Source of the DNA: Eubacteriales bacterium
Lineage (GTDB): Bacteria; Bacillota; Clostridia; Oscillospirales; UBA644
NCBI GenBank assembly: GCA_045542115.1
Contig: JAZQKK010000014.1
Span: 120,617 to 184,616 of the forward strand
DNA: 64,000 bases
Direction: 5' to 3'
Shown here: positions 46,232 through 55,806 of the stretch, piece by piece
How positions within the stretch are numbered: the first letter of the stretch is position 1
Layout of the letters: each line of letters begins with the position of its first letter
Position numbers and translations under genes: made by a program
Notes under the pieces: generated by a model
The model's database searches: none
Seen by the model: the letters and a program-made list of their open reading frames with translations, nothing else
Told to the model about the DNA's origin: nothing

Positions 46232-46268
46232 TTTTCTTTTGTTTTCTTCGTTTTTCTTTATTTTTCTT
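46232..46268. repeat. four TTTTCTT tracts at an exact 10-bp period (phased T/A-tracts)
   Basis: TTTTCTT at 46232, 46242, 46252 and 46262. The tracts lie 45-80 bp upstream of the rplM -35 and directly after the rqcH stop. Confidence 0.7.
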
Positions 46269-48016
46269 TAATCGCAATTCTTGTTTTTCCACGTTTTACA
46301 TTGTTCCGGGGCGGGATTTACGTAGGCGGTACGATAGGTTTCATAGACAACCATTCCCGGCTTTGCCCCCGCAGGTTTGCGGATATTCCGCACCTCCGTA
46401 TAGTCCACGGCCACGTTATCCGCATCCCGAAGGCTGCTGTTGGTGGCGGCAATCACGGCCGCATCGGTCATAGCCTCGTTGGTGGGAAGATTTCCATCAC
46501 AAACTAAAATGACGTGGCTGCCGGGAGAATTTTTTACGTGGAACCAAATATCGCGACGCTCAGCAGTTCGGAGGGTAAGAGTATCGTTTTGCAGATTATT
46601 CCGTCCGCACAGAACCGTAAAACCGTCGGATACGGTATAGCGGAGGGGTTTGGATTGTTCCCGGTCTTTTCCCTGCCGTTTGGATGCCGCCTTTCGCAGA
46701 TACCCCTGCCCTGCCAATTCCCGGCGAAGGTCGGTCAGTTCCGCCAACCCGGTAGCCCGGGTCAGAGCATCGGAAACCGAGTTGAGATACTCCAATTCTT
46801 GAAGGGCAATGTCAATCTGTTCTTTGAGTACATTTTTTGCCGTTTGTGCCTTTTTATACCTTTTATAGTAATTTTGGGCATTTCGGCTGGGGGACAAGGA
46901 GGGGTCCAGGGGAATCTTTACGTCCGCCGGAGGGTCCTGGGTATAATCCGGCAAGACCACCGACGACTCGTGCCCCTTAAATATATATAGGTTGGAAAGA
47001 ATCAAATCCCCGTAGGTTTTAAACTCCTCGGCACGGGCACTGTCTGCCAATTCCCGACGCTGGGCTTCGATCTTGCGGGTCAAACGGGACGTGGCGTTGG
47101 AGATAAGCTTGGAAATATCAGAAGAATGACGGCGAATGTGTTCCGCCCGGTCTTTTTCTCCGTAATAGGCATCCAAGGCGACCGAGCACGTCTCATAGGT
47201 TTGACTTGTATAAGTGGTTCCGTATTGGGAAATGGGGAAACAGTAAAAATCCTTGGGGGTCTCCCCTTTCAACACGGTGGGAGTATAGGATTGGGACAAA
47301 ACCGCTTGTTTTAGTTTTGCCAATTCCAGAGACAGTGCGGAAATTCCCTTATCGGGCATTGAAAACAGGTCTGCATCGCACACTCCAAAAGCTCTGTAAG
47401 AGATTTCCCGGGACAAGAGCGGAGAAAACCCTTCAAAGCGGTTGGTTAAAAACCGGTCGCACCGTTCTTCCCCGTCGGGGATGGGGACAACAAACTCGTC
47501 TAAAATGGAAATCTTATTTTGAGAGGGAGGCAATTCATAGGTCACCCCCGGCAACAATCTGCGGGGAGAGGCGGATGAAAGGTCGGTCTGCCGGAGGGCA
47601 TCGAAAATCTTCCCTTGCCCATCGGTCAGGATAAGATTGCTGGCCCGCCCCATAATTTCGATAATCAAATGCTTTTCTTCCGCTTCGTAGAAATCGTTTT
47701 TACAGTCAAAGCGAAGCATCAAAACCCGTTCCAATCCGGGCTGAACCGCATCAATCAAACGGGCGGAAGCAAGATGTTTCCGCAAAAGCATACAGAAATT
47801 GGGGGCATACGCCGGATTCTCCTTGGGATAGCCAATCCATTGTACCCGGGGTGCCACCGCGTTGGCGGAAAGAAGCAACCGCCGGTTTTCTCCCTTCGAA
47901 TAAAAATACAGCACCACCTCATCCCGTTCCGGTTGGGTGATACGGTCCAGACGTGCACCGGCGTGGGAGGACAATTCATCCCGCAGGGCACGAAGCATAA
48001 TTCCGTCAATAGGCAT
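46268..48016 (-). CDS. rqcH: ribosome quality control protein RqcH (NFACT / FbpA family)
   Basis: 582 aa. N-terminal MPIDGIMLRAL...RLDRITQPERDEVVL (NFACT-N) and C-terminal NFACT-R (IWFHVKNSPGSHVIL). Confidence 0.85.
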   Translation of the reverse strand: MPIDGIMLRALRDELSSHAGARLDRITQPERDEVVLYFYSKGENRRLLLSANAVAPRVQWIGYPKENPAYAPNFCMLLRKHLASARLIDAVQPGLERVLMLRFDCKNDFYEAEEKHLIIEIMGRASNLILTDGQGKIFDALRQTDLSSASPRRLLPGVTYELPPSQNKISILDEFVVPIPDGEERCDRFLTNRFEGFSPLLSREISYRAFGVCDADLFSMPDKGISALSLELAKLKQAVLSQSYTPTVLKGETPKDFYCFPISQYGTTYTSQTYETCSVALDAYYGEKDRAEHIRRHSSDISKLISNATSRLTRKIEAQRRELADSARAEEFKTYGDLILSNLYIFKGHESSVVLPDYTQDPPADVKIPLDPSLSPSRNAQNYYKRYKKAQTAKNVLKEQIDIALQELEYLNSVSDALTRATGLAELTDLRRELAGQGYLRKAASKRQGKDREQSKPLRYTVSDGFTVLCGRNNLQNDTLTLRTAERRDIWFHVKNSPGSHVILVCDGNLPTNEAMTDAAVIAATNSSLRDADNVAVDYTEVRNIRKPAGAKPGMVVYETYRTAYVNPAPEQCKTWKNKNCD

Positions 48017-48037
48017 AAAACAAAAGATTCCTCCGAA

Positions 48038-48796
48038 TCAGATAGAGCGTACCGGGTCGGGCATCGAGGCATAGACCACTTCCAGCGAGGAGTCTGCGGC
48101 GGTCAACCATTGTTCCAACACCGGAAGAATCAAGACTTCCGTGGCGTAGTGACCGGCTTCGATAAGATTGATTCCCCGTTGTTCCGCTTCCAGAAAATGG
48201 TGGTATTTTGCCTCGCCCGTAAGCAAGGTATCAATTTCCGTTCCCACCAAAGATTCCCACAAATCACCCCCGGAACCGCTGCAAAGAGCCACGCGATGAA
48301 CCGGACGTCCGCCGTCAGCATAACGGAGACTGTTGGCAGAAAGAAGGGCTTTCACCCGCGCGGCATATTCTTCCAACGCCACGGGAGCGGGCAGCGTTCC
48401 TTGCCGACAAACGAAGGAAGGGTCCTCCCCCGTAAACGGTTGAATATCCGTCAGACCTACGGTGGTGGCAAGAACGTCGTTCACTCCGCCCGGTGCCATA
48501 TCCAAATTGGTATGGGCGGCCACGGCGGCAATCCCGCTTTCCATCAGCCGATAAACACGGTCTGCGGGAGAAAAGGTCTTTTGCGCCGAAAACAGGGCCG
48601 GATGATGGGTCAATATCAAATCGACTCCCTGCTTCTTTGCAGAATCGATTACCGAATAAGTAATATCCAGAGAGAGCATTACTTTTCGAATCTCCCGCTG
48701 AGGGTCTCCGCACAGGATTCCCGCATTGTCAAAATCCAATGCCATATCAAAAGGTGCATAGCGGTCCAGGACCGCCACAAGGTCAATGAGTTTCAT
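48038..48796 (-). CDS. Nif3-like dinuclear metal centre protein (YqfO family)
   Basis: Start moved to MKLIDLV (ATG 48796) behind GGGAGG. DLILTHHP and GHYATE motifs. Confidence 0.85.
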   Translation of the reverse strand: MKLIDLVAVLDRYAPFDMALDFDNAGILCGDPQREIRKVMLSLDITYSVIDSAKKQGVDLILTHHPALFSAQKTFSPADRVYRLMESGIAAVAAHTNLDMAPGGVNDVLATTVGLTDIQPFTGEDPSFVCRQGTLPAPVALEEYAARVKALLSANSLRYADGGRPVHRVALCSGSGGDLWESLVGTEIDTLLTGEAKYHHFLEAEQRGINLIEAGHYATEVLILPVLEQWLTAADSSLEVVYASMPDPVRSI

Positions 48797-49493
48797 TATA
48801 AAGCCTCCCGGAATAAGTTTGCCATAAGGCACTCAAACGTCGGTACAAATCTTCCTCAAACGCCTCGGCAACGGGGTCGGGCAGTTCTGCACGTCGCAAT
48901 CCCAACAAGCGTTTCTGATGGGACGTCAGTAATTTTTCAATATAATCCAGAGCATCGGGGGTACAATCCAAATTTTGAGGAAGATAACAGTCAGTTTCGG
49001 TATATGCTTCGGTGGGACGGTTGCGAACCAAAAAAATAATATACCGTTTTTCCCCTTCGCTGACCGCTCGTTCCCGGTCGATGGAATAGCCGTGGCGAAA
49101 CAAAAAACGACGAAGGACCTCCGGTTTGGTCATCGGTTGTAACACCAACGTTTGGGCACAAATCGGGGGGTGTTCGTATAAGATGCGGGAAATCAAGTCT
49201 CCGCCCATCCCTGCAATCACCAAGGCATCGTATTCCTCGGGGACCGAGTGAAGTCCGTCGCTTTGAATCAACTCGATTGCCCCGGAAAGGTCGTATTTTT
49301 CTACGCAAGACCGGGCACGGAGCAACGGTCCGTCGTTTACGTCACAGGCAAGCGCCCGGCGGCAACGGCCGGATTGTATCATATACACGGGGAGATGAGC
49401 GTGGTCCGTACCGATATCCGCAAGAACGTCACAATTCCCAATCAGTTCCGCCACCACAGACAATCGGGGCGGAAGCATTACTTTTTCAGACAT
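48783..49493 (-). CDS. trmK: tRNA (adenine22-N1)-methyltransferase TrmK
   Basis: Start moved to MSEKVMLPPRL (ATG 49493). LADIGTDHAHLP and VIAGMGG motifs. trmK-nif3 synteny as in Bacillus yqfN-yqfO. Confidence 0.85.
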   Translation of the reverse strand: MSEKVMLPPRLSVVAELIGNCDVLADIGTDHAHLPVYMIQSGRCRRALACDVNDGPLLRARSCVEKYDLSGAIELIQSDGLHSVPEEYDALVIAGMGGDLISRILYEHPPICAQTLVLQPMTKPEVLRRFLFRHGYSIDRERAVSEGEKRYIIFLVRNRPTEAYTETDCYLPQNLDCTPDALDYIEKLLTSHQKRLLGLRRAELPDPVAEAFEEDLYRRLSALWQTYSGRLYNETH

Positions 49494-49539
49494 AGCATCC
49501 TCGGAAAAAGAGCGAGGGGACCCCCTCGCTCCAATCAAA

Positions 49540-49734
49540 TCAGTCTTCGATGGCGGCGTTCAGAGCTTCCACCAGTTCATCTACGTCAATGCCGTGAACG
49601 GCGCAGGCATCCTCAATGGATTCCCCTCTTGCGGCCATACAGCCGATGCAGTGCATCCCGAAGTGGAGCAGCACGTCACCCACCTGGGGGTAAGCACGAA
49701 TCATATCGCCGATGAGCATTTCTTTGGTAATCAT
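49540..49734 (-). CDS. DUF1858-domain protein (hybrid-cluster-protein-associated redox disulfide domain)
   Basis: Start moved to MITKEM (ATG 49734) behind GGAGGA. MHCIGC motif. Confidence 0.6.
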   Translation of the reverse strand: MITKEMLIGDMIRAYPQVGDVLLHFGMHCIGCMAARGESIEDACAVHGIDVDELVEALNAAIED

Positions 49735-49764
49735 AGTAATATCCTCCAAAATTATTTTTCGCTG

Positions 49765-51222
49765 TTAGTCATTTCCCAAATCGTCCCGATGATTCCCCCG
49801 GAACGAAACGGAATTGGTGGGAGTCAACTCTTCCAGGAGTTTGTAGTAAGAATCGTTTTGCAGTCCGGGCAGACAATCGTTTTTCCAGGCAATCTCCCCG
49901 TGACCGGTAAACCAAACGATGTGATAACCGAAAGACGTTTTAATGATGGCCTTGTCATCCTTGGTTCGTCCGGCTTCATAAAGCCAATCGTTAATCTCGG
50001 CGACCATCGTGCCGTAAGCAAAGGATTCGTACAGTCCGCCGGTCTCTTTCGAACCGGGGTCTTCGGTATACTTTTCAACCAGTTCGGTGAAGGTTTCCTG
50101 AGAAAATCCGGCGTCTTCCCATTGGTCATAGAGGCTCTGAATTTCTTTTTTCACGTCTTCATCGTCGGAAGAGCCGTCTTCTTTTTCGGTTACGGCAAGC
50201 AGCAGATGGCGCATCGAAACCAAGGGGTGCTCATCCCGTTGGCGGGAAAGGAAGAAGCAGACCGAATAAGCCTCGGCCGCAGTTTGATATACTGCAACGT
50301 CGCCGGCCGCACGGGTCTTATCGAAGAGCCACGTGGACATTTCCGTATTGGCTAAATCCGAAGCACTTACGTTTTTCGCGAGGGTCGCATTGTCGGCACC
50401 GTAACTTGCCTTCTGACTTTCGGGAGCAAAGGAAACCGCCCGATTTTTGAATTCTTCTTCGGTCTTCAAATCCTTGGAAAAGGATTCTGCCAGACCCTTG
50501 ACTGCCTGTGCGGTTTCTTCCTCGGTAGAAGGCGTTGCATCGGCGGGAAGGAAATCTTTGGTAAGGGTATAGATGCGGAAATTCACCTTATCGATGGAAT
50601 CTGCATTTTCGGTATAATATTTTTCAAACTCTCCATCGGAATAGACAATCGCGCCCAATTTTTCATCACAATATTGGGTTGCAAGGAACCGATGACCGAG
50701 AAATTCCCGATACAGGTCGGTGGTCAATCCTTCCCCGAAGTTTTCGGAAAGATACTTATCCAAAGTCTTGGATTCCTTTTGAGCGGCTTCGGTGGCAGAC
50801 AAAACAAAGGCATCTATCTGAACCAGAGAATTCTCACTCAGTTCCATTCCTTCGGCTTTGGCCGCATTGTAAAAGGTGAATACCTGTTTGAGAACGTCTT
50901 CGGTCTGGTCCATAAAATAATCGGCCCAGGTCTGCTCGGTCTCCGTAACGGTGCAGGGCTGTTCTTTCAAGGGTTTTTCGGGGTCTAATTCAAAATAAGA
51001 AAGATAATCCGCGTAGCCGCTGCAAAAATCACGAACCTGAGTATAATAGGTGTAATTATACTCTGCCGCGGAAATCTCCGTATCGCCCACGATCATCACC
51101 GTGTCTTTTGCGGAAGAACAACCGCAGAACAAAGACAAAGCCATTGCGCTCAAAAGAATCAAGGTAAAAATACGTTTCAAAACTGTTTCCTCCGTAATAT
51201 TATTCATCGGTATCGTCGTCAA
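49765..51222 (-). CDS. PrsA/SurA-like peptidyl-prolyl isomerase lipoprotein (PpiC-type parvulin domain)
   Basis: Lipobox LFCGCSS. C-terminal parvulin domain (MRHLLL...GGLYESFAYGTMVAEINDW...SFGYHIVWF). The start (TTG 51222 or ATG 51207) overlaps the LamG gene stop. Confidence 0.75.
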   Translation of the reverse strand: MTTIPMNNITEETVLKRIFTLILLSAMALSLFCGCSSAKDTVMIVGDTEISAAEYNYTYYTQVRDFCSGYADYLSYFELDPEKPLKEQPCTVTETEQTWADYFMDQTEDVLKQVFTFYNAAKAEGMELSENSLVQIDAFVLSATEAAQKESKTLDKYLSENFGEGLTTDLYREFLGHRFLATQYCDEKLGAIVYSDGEFEKYYTENADSIDKVNFRIYTLTKDFLPADATPSTEEETAQAVKGLAESFSKDLKTEEEFKNRAVSFAPESQKASYGADNATLAKNVSASDLANTEMSTWLFDKTRAAGDVAVYQTAAEAYSVCFFLSRQRDEHPLVSMRHLLLAVTEKEDGSSDDEDVKKEIQSLYDQWEDAGFSQETFTELVEKYTEDPGSKETGGLYESFAYGTMVAEINDWLYEAGRTKDDKAIIKTSFGYHIVWFTGHGEIAWKNDCLPGLQNDSYYKLLEELTPTNSVSFRGNHRDDLGND

Positions 51223-53848
51223 TCCGACGGAATTTTGCAGTCATTTCTCCGGAAAGAGCAGAAGATTCGTGGTCGGAATCCACCTTGCGGAATTTCACCG
51301 TGGCATCGGTTCCCTCGGAAGAAGCGGCCGAGGCAATTCGAGCGGCACTTCGGGGGCCGATAACCGTAGTCTGAGGTCCTTCCGGCCCGGCAATGGGAAC
51401 GGGCAGCGGGGCTTCTTCCTCGGGAGAACGCTTCTCTTTTTTCGTAATGATGACAACGATCAACGCCACCACGCCAAGAACCATTACGATTCCCGCAATG
51501 ATGATTGCCGTCAAAATCACGCCCCATACGTCCGAGTCCTGCTCTCTTTCACCGTTCACGGCGTAGGAGATTCCCCGGACAAAAAGCGCTACCTGTTCCG
51601 GAGGAAGGGCCTGGTCGGAAATATAGACCTCATCCACCGTTCCCCGGAACATCGGGTCGCCTTTCACTCCGCTGCGCCCCACGTAACAGAAGTTGGGACG
51701 AATGGAGGCTACGTCCACCTGGGTATCTCCCGTAGCGGCGACGGTGTCGTTCAGATAGAGAATAATCTTTCCGTCGGCAATGGTCACGGTAATCCGCGTC
51801 CAGGTATTCACGGCGTTATAATCACAGGACAAATACGTAGAAGACACTCCGTCGGTAATACCAAATCGTAAGCCGGAGATTCCGTTTCCGGCTTCCAGGA
51901 AAATCGATGCGTCGGGAGCCGAAACCGAAGATGCTTTTCGGGAAAAATCAAAAATTCGTTGCGAACGCTCTCCCCCATCCGGACCATCCCAAGAATAGGA
52001 AAGAGACAAGGTAAGGGATTGAGCATCATCCAAGATCCCGGAAGGGTATCGAAGGAACGAAACGCCGTCCAAGGCAAGGCCGTAGGAAGAAACGCCCTGA
52101 GACAACCGTCCGCCGGTCAACGCGGCGTGGGCGGAATTGTTCCAATCTTTGCCCATATTGTCCCGCACGTCAAAGGTCGTTCCGATAAATCCGCCGGAAA
52201 TAGCCGCCAATTTTTGATAGGCGTCTTCCGCCAAATCCACACTGTCGGGGGCATAAGGATTCACAGGTTGGTCATCGGTACCGGTCTGTCCCGGGTCGGG
52301 CAGAACTTCGGACGTATAGCGGGCAAGACCGTAAACGTGAATCTTGCGAATCTCCCCATCGGAAAGGACTTTGGGGGTAACGTACACTTCGTCGATGGCG
52401 GTGCGGGTCGTGTCGTAGGCGGAAGAACCGGTCAAAACGCGACATTGAGTGTAATTCGTCCCGGCGGGAAGAATACCGGTGGCAAAGGTTCCCACGCAAA
52501 CGCCGTTGACATACACCTTCAACTCTCCGGCTTCCCCGAGCGTCAAGGCGTAATGGACCCACTGATTTTTGGGGGAAGGAAGATTACTTCCGGTTATGGA
52601 CTTTCGTTGCAGGTTTCCTCGGGTATCGGTATATTCCACGTATCCGGCCAATTTTCCCTCGGCCCCGGCGTAGGGTGAAAACCGCAAAACGCCGTTCCCT
52701 TTTAAATCCAAAAGACATTCTTCGTTATCCACCGTTTTTCCGTTTCGGTAGACCCAACAGGAAAAGGTAACGGAAGACTGCCCTCGGAACAGGCGGGGAT
52801 CCAAAGTAAGATACGCCGCCGGAACAGATGCTTCTCTGCGAATCAAGGCATATCCGTTTTTCTCTTTTAGTTTGGACGTGTCAATCAAAGAACAGCCGTT
52901 GTCCACCGTCGCGGGGATATCCCCGGAATGGTAATCCGTGCCGGCGGCAAAGGTTCCTTCAAACAGATAAGCAGCCCAGGTATAAGCGTGCTTTTCTCCG
53001 GGGGTAGGGTTGATATCGGGAAGCGTTCCCGAATCTTCCGTTCCGGAAGAGGCGTTTTTCTGTGCATTGTAAAACCGGTCTGCGGTCTGCCCCGCCAAAG
53101 ATTGCATCTTTATCGGTTCCATTGCGGAACGGGACAGGTACAAATCATCCAGAGAAACTCCGTGAAACGCGGCGTTTTTACAGGTCAGCTTCGACAAATC
53201 TACGTATTTTGCGGAAATCGACGAGCCGGTGGATTTTCCGTTGACATACAGCGTGAGAAGGGACACCGTGCCGGAAACTTTATAAGTAAATCCCAGATGG
53301 ACCCAAGCGGACGCATCGGTAAGAATCTGGGACATATCGTAAGAACATTCGGTACTGTTTTTCCCGTCACTTACAAATAATTTCAGAAGCACGGCCCCAT
53401 CTTCCGCAGAGAACCCAACTTCCAGCGATTCCTTTGCGCCGCCGTTCAATAAGAACAGCGTAGATTTCCGCTCCGCTTCTTCCAAGGTAAAATTAACGCG
53501 GAATCCCATCGTAAACTGAGAAATTTTCTCAAACAAACTACCGTTGAGATTCACGTAGCCCTTCATCCCCCCATTCCGGTATCCGGAAACAGGTTGAAGC
53601 GCTGACGCCCCGAATTCCCTGGTGGATAACGGATATTTTCCGCCCACCTCCGCGGCAAGGTTGGAAGCATCGTCAAACGTATAAGCCGCCTGCACAGGCA
53701 AGTCGCTCCCGGAAGAAGACGCGGTGCTGCCAGATGCAGAAGAACTGTCGGTGACGGCGAGCGTCGGAATGGCAAATGCCGTAAAAAACAAAAGAGCCGC
53801 AAGAAGCCCGGAAAGAATGGAATTCAAATACCGTTTTTTCAAATTCAT
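51200..53848 (-). CDS. secreted triple LamG/concanavalin-A-like lectin-fold protein with C-terminal TM anchor and short cytoplasmic tail
   Basis: Start moved to MNLKKRYL (ATG 53848) behind GGAGGGG. Signal peptide, three Laminin_G_3-like units (each ending ...DEVY(V/I)...), TM segment VWGVILTAIIIAGIVMVLGVVALIVVII, and a tail with a duplicated KFR(K/R)(V/I)D motif. Confidence 0.65.
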   Translation of the reverse strand: MNLKKRYLNSILSGLLAALLFFTAFAIPTLAVTDSSSASGSTASSSGSDLPVQAAYTFDDASNLAAEVGGKYPLSTREFGASALQPVSGYRNGGMKGYVNLNGSLFEKISQFTMGFRVNFTLEEAERKSTLFLLNGGAKESLEVGFSAEDGAVLLKLFVSDGKNSTECSYDMSQILTDASAWVHLGFTYKVSGTVSLLTLYVNGKSTGSSISAKYVDLSKLTCKNAAFHGVSLDDLYLSRSAMEPIKMQSLAGQTADRFYNAQKNASSGTEDSGTLPDINPTPGEKHAYTWAAYLFEGTFAAGTDYHSGDIPATVDNGCSLIDTSKLKEKNGYALIRREASVPAAYLTLDPRLFRGQSSVTFSCWVYRNGKTVDNEECLLDLKGNGVLRFSPYAGAEGKLAGYVEYTDTRGNLQRKSITGSNLPSPKNQWVHYALTLGEAGELKVYVNGVCVGTFATGILPAGTNYTQCRVLTGSSAYDTTRTAIDEVYVTPKVLSDGEIRKIHVYGLARYTSEVLPDPGQTGTDDQPVNPYAPDSVDLAEDAYQKLAAISGGFIGTTFDVRDNMGKDWNNSAHAALTGGRLSQGVSSYGLALDGVSFLRYPSGILDDAQSLTLSLSYSWDGPDGGERSQRIFDFSRKASSVSAPDASIFLEAGNGISGLRFGITDGVSSTYLSCDYNAVNTWTRITVTIADGKIILYLNDTVAATGDTQVDVASIRPNFCYVGRSGVKGDPMFRGTVDEVYISDQALPPEQVALFVRGISYAVNGEREQDSDVWGVILTAIIIAGIVMVLGVVALIVVIITKKEKRSPEEEAPLPVPIAGPEGPQTTVIGPRSAARIASAASSEGTDATVKFRKVDSDHESSALSGEMTAKFRRIDDDTDE

Positions 53849-53899
53849 AAGCCCCTCCGAAGAAATGAGCAAAACGTGTCTTTAATATATATATACTAT

Positions 53900-53928
53900 A
53901 TTTTACTACAATTCGAAACGTTTGTCAA
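53900..53928 (-). promoter_or_regulatory. sigma-A promoter for the LamG-PpiC operon
   Basis: Minus strand reads TTGACA-17 nt-TAAAAT. Confidence 0.65.
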
Positions 53929-53964
53929 GTACGGCACGACATTTTGAACCATTTTTGAAAACTC

Positions 53965-53993
53965 TTGCATTTCTGTCAAAAATGTTATATAAT
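53965..53993 (+). promoter_or_regulatory. sigma-A promoter for the radical SAM pair
   Basis: TTGCAT-17 nt-TATAAT. The track ORF start at 53965 is actually this -35 box. Confidence 0.7.
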
Positions 53994-54024
53994 GGTGAGA
54001 AAGAACACATTGAGGAGAAACGCT

Positions 54025-55806
54025 ATGGATTTGGAACGACTGCTGCTTCGGGTAAAAAACCCGGCGTGGTACAGCGGCGGAGAATTAAACAGTATCGTCA
54101 AAGACCGCGATACCGTTAAAACACGGTTTGCCTTCTGTTTTCCCGACCTGTACGACGTGGCAATGTCCCACCTTGGAATTAAGATTTTGTACGATATTCT
54201 GAACCGCAGAGAGGATATCTGGTGTGAACGGGTTTGTGCCCCCGCTCCGGATATGGAACGACTGATGCGGGAAAAAAAGGTTCCCTTGTTCGGATTGGAA
54301 AGCCGGGACCCTATCAAAGACTTCGACTTTATTGCCTTTACGTTGCAATACGAACTGAGTTACACCAACGTCTTGAATATGCTTGACTTGGCGGGGCTTC
54401 CCGTATTGGCGGCGGAGAGAACCGAAGAAATGCCCGTCGTCATCGCCGGCGGTCCCTGTACCGTCAACCCCGAACCGATGACGGATTTTGTGGACTTATT
54501 TAACATCGGCGAAGGGGAAGAGACCCTGTTGGAATTGGTGGACCTTTGGCAAGAATGTAAGGGGAACAAGGCTTTGTTCTTGGAAAAAGCGGACGAATTG
54601 GAATCCTGCTACGTGCCCGCCCTCCACGACCAAGCGAAAAAAGTGCGCCGTCGGATCATCAAAGATCTGGATACGGTACCTTATCCGGAAAAACTTATCG
54701 TTCCAAATGCAAAGGTCATTCACGACCGTATCTCGATGGAGATTATGCGGGGCTGTATCCGGGGATGCCGGTTTTGTCAGGCCGGGATGATCTACCGTCC
54801 CTTCCGGCAAAAGTCGCCCGAAGTGATGATGGAAAACATCAAAAAACTCTGTCAATCTACGGGATACGAAGAAATTTCTTTGACTTCCCTTTCCAGCAGT
54901 GACTATGAAAAACTGCCGGAATTTGCGGATATGCTTTTGGATTACTGCAACCCGAGAAAAATCAACCTGGCGTTACCTTCCCTTCGCATTGATAATTTTT
55001 CCGAAGATCTGCTGAAAAAACTTCGGGCCGTCCGCTCCTCGGGGTTGACGTTTGCTCCGGAAGCGGGAACCCAGCGCTTGCGGGACGTCATCAATAAAAA
55101 CATCACCGAAGAAGATATTTTCGAATCCTGCCGCATTGCTTTTAACGGAGGGAATACGGCGGTGAAATTGTATTTTATGATTGGCCTTCCCACCGAGACC
55201 GACGAGGATATTCTGGGCATTGCGGACCTGGCTCAGCGTATCGTAGACTACTATTATCAGTTGAAGCTGAAAAATCGCGGGAAAGGCGTTTCGGTTACCA
55301 TCAGCCTTTCTACCTTCGTTCCGAAACCCTTTACTCCCTTCCAATGGGAGCCGCAGATTCCCCTGGAAGAGATTCACCGGCGCCAGCAATTGCTGAAAAA
55401 CGCCATCACTTCCCGAAAAATCCGTCTGAATTATCACGAAGGAAAAACCAGTGTTTTGGAAGGAGTTTTCTCCCGGGGAGATCGGAATTTAGGAAAATTG
55501 CTGCTTCGCGCTTGGCAAAAAGGATGTATTTTGGATGCCTGGGATGAGCATTTCAAGTACGATTCGTGGCTGGAAGCAATGGAAGAGTGTAATATCCATA
55601 TCGAAGATTACGCCGGCCGGCGCTACGCCTACGACGAACCACTTCCCTGGGACGTGGTGGACTGCGGTGTTTCCAAGGAATTTTTGATTCGGGAATCCCG
55701 GCTGGCTTACGAAAACAAAACGTCCCCCAACTGTAAACAACAATGCCTTGGGTGCGGCGTAAAAAAAATCTGCGGAGGTGACGTGTGTGATAAGAATCGT
55801 GTTTGA
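54025..55806 (+). CDS. TIGR03960-family B12-binding-domain radical SAM protein (function unknown)
   Basis: Start moved to MDLERLLLRVKNPAWYSGGE (ATG 54025) behind GAGGAG. CIRGCRFCQAG radical SAM cluster. Confidence 0.8.
   Translation: MDLERLLLRVKNPAWYSGGELNSIVKDRDTVKTRFAFCFPDLYDVAMSHLGIKILYDILNRREDIWCERVCAPAPDMERLMREKKVPLFGLESRDPIKDFDFIAFTLQYELSYTNVLNMLDLAGLPVLAAERTEEMPVVIAGGPCTVNPEPMTDFVDLFNIGEGEETLLELVDLWQECKGNKALFLEKADELESCYVPALHDQAKKVRRRIIKDLDTVPYPEKLIVPNAKVIHDRISMEIMRGCIRGCRFCQAGMIYRPFRQKSPEVMMENIKKLCQSTGYEEISLTSLSSSDYEKLPEFADMLLDYCNPRKINLALPSLRIDNFSEDLLKKLRAVRSSGLTFAPEAGTQRLRDVINKNITEEDIFESCRIAFNGGNTAVKLYFMIGLPTETDEDILGIADLAQRIVDYYYQLKLKNRGKGVSVTISLSTFVPKPFTPFQWEPQIPLEEIHRRQQLLKNAITSRKIRLNYHEGKTSVLEGVFSRGDRNLGKLLLRAWQKGCILDAWDEHFKYDSWLEAMEECNIHIEDYAGRRYAYDEPLPWDVVDCGVSKEFLIRESRLAYENKTSPNCKQQCLGCGVKKICGGDVCDKNRV

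Noticed and set aside
53965-54024. Track start (TTG 53965) for the radical SAM gene. Similar N-terminal extensions appear for tsaD (62304), lepA (33682), hemW (31986), efp (29971), GNAT (44194), spoVAC (13863) and nfo-like (16413).
   Set aside because: The extensions contain promoter boxes or lack an SD, whereas an internal ATG preceded by a GGAGG-type SD matches the conserved protein N-terminus. Coordinates were trimmed accordingly.
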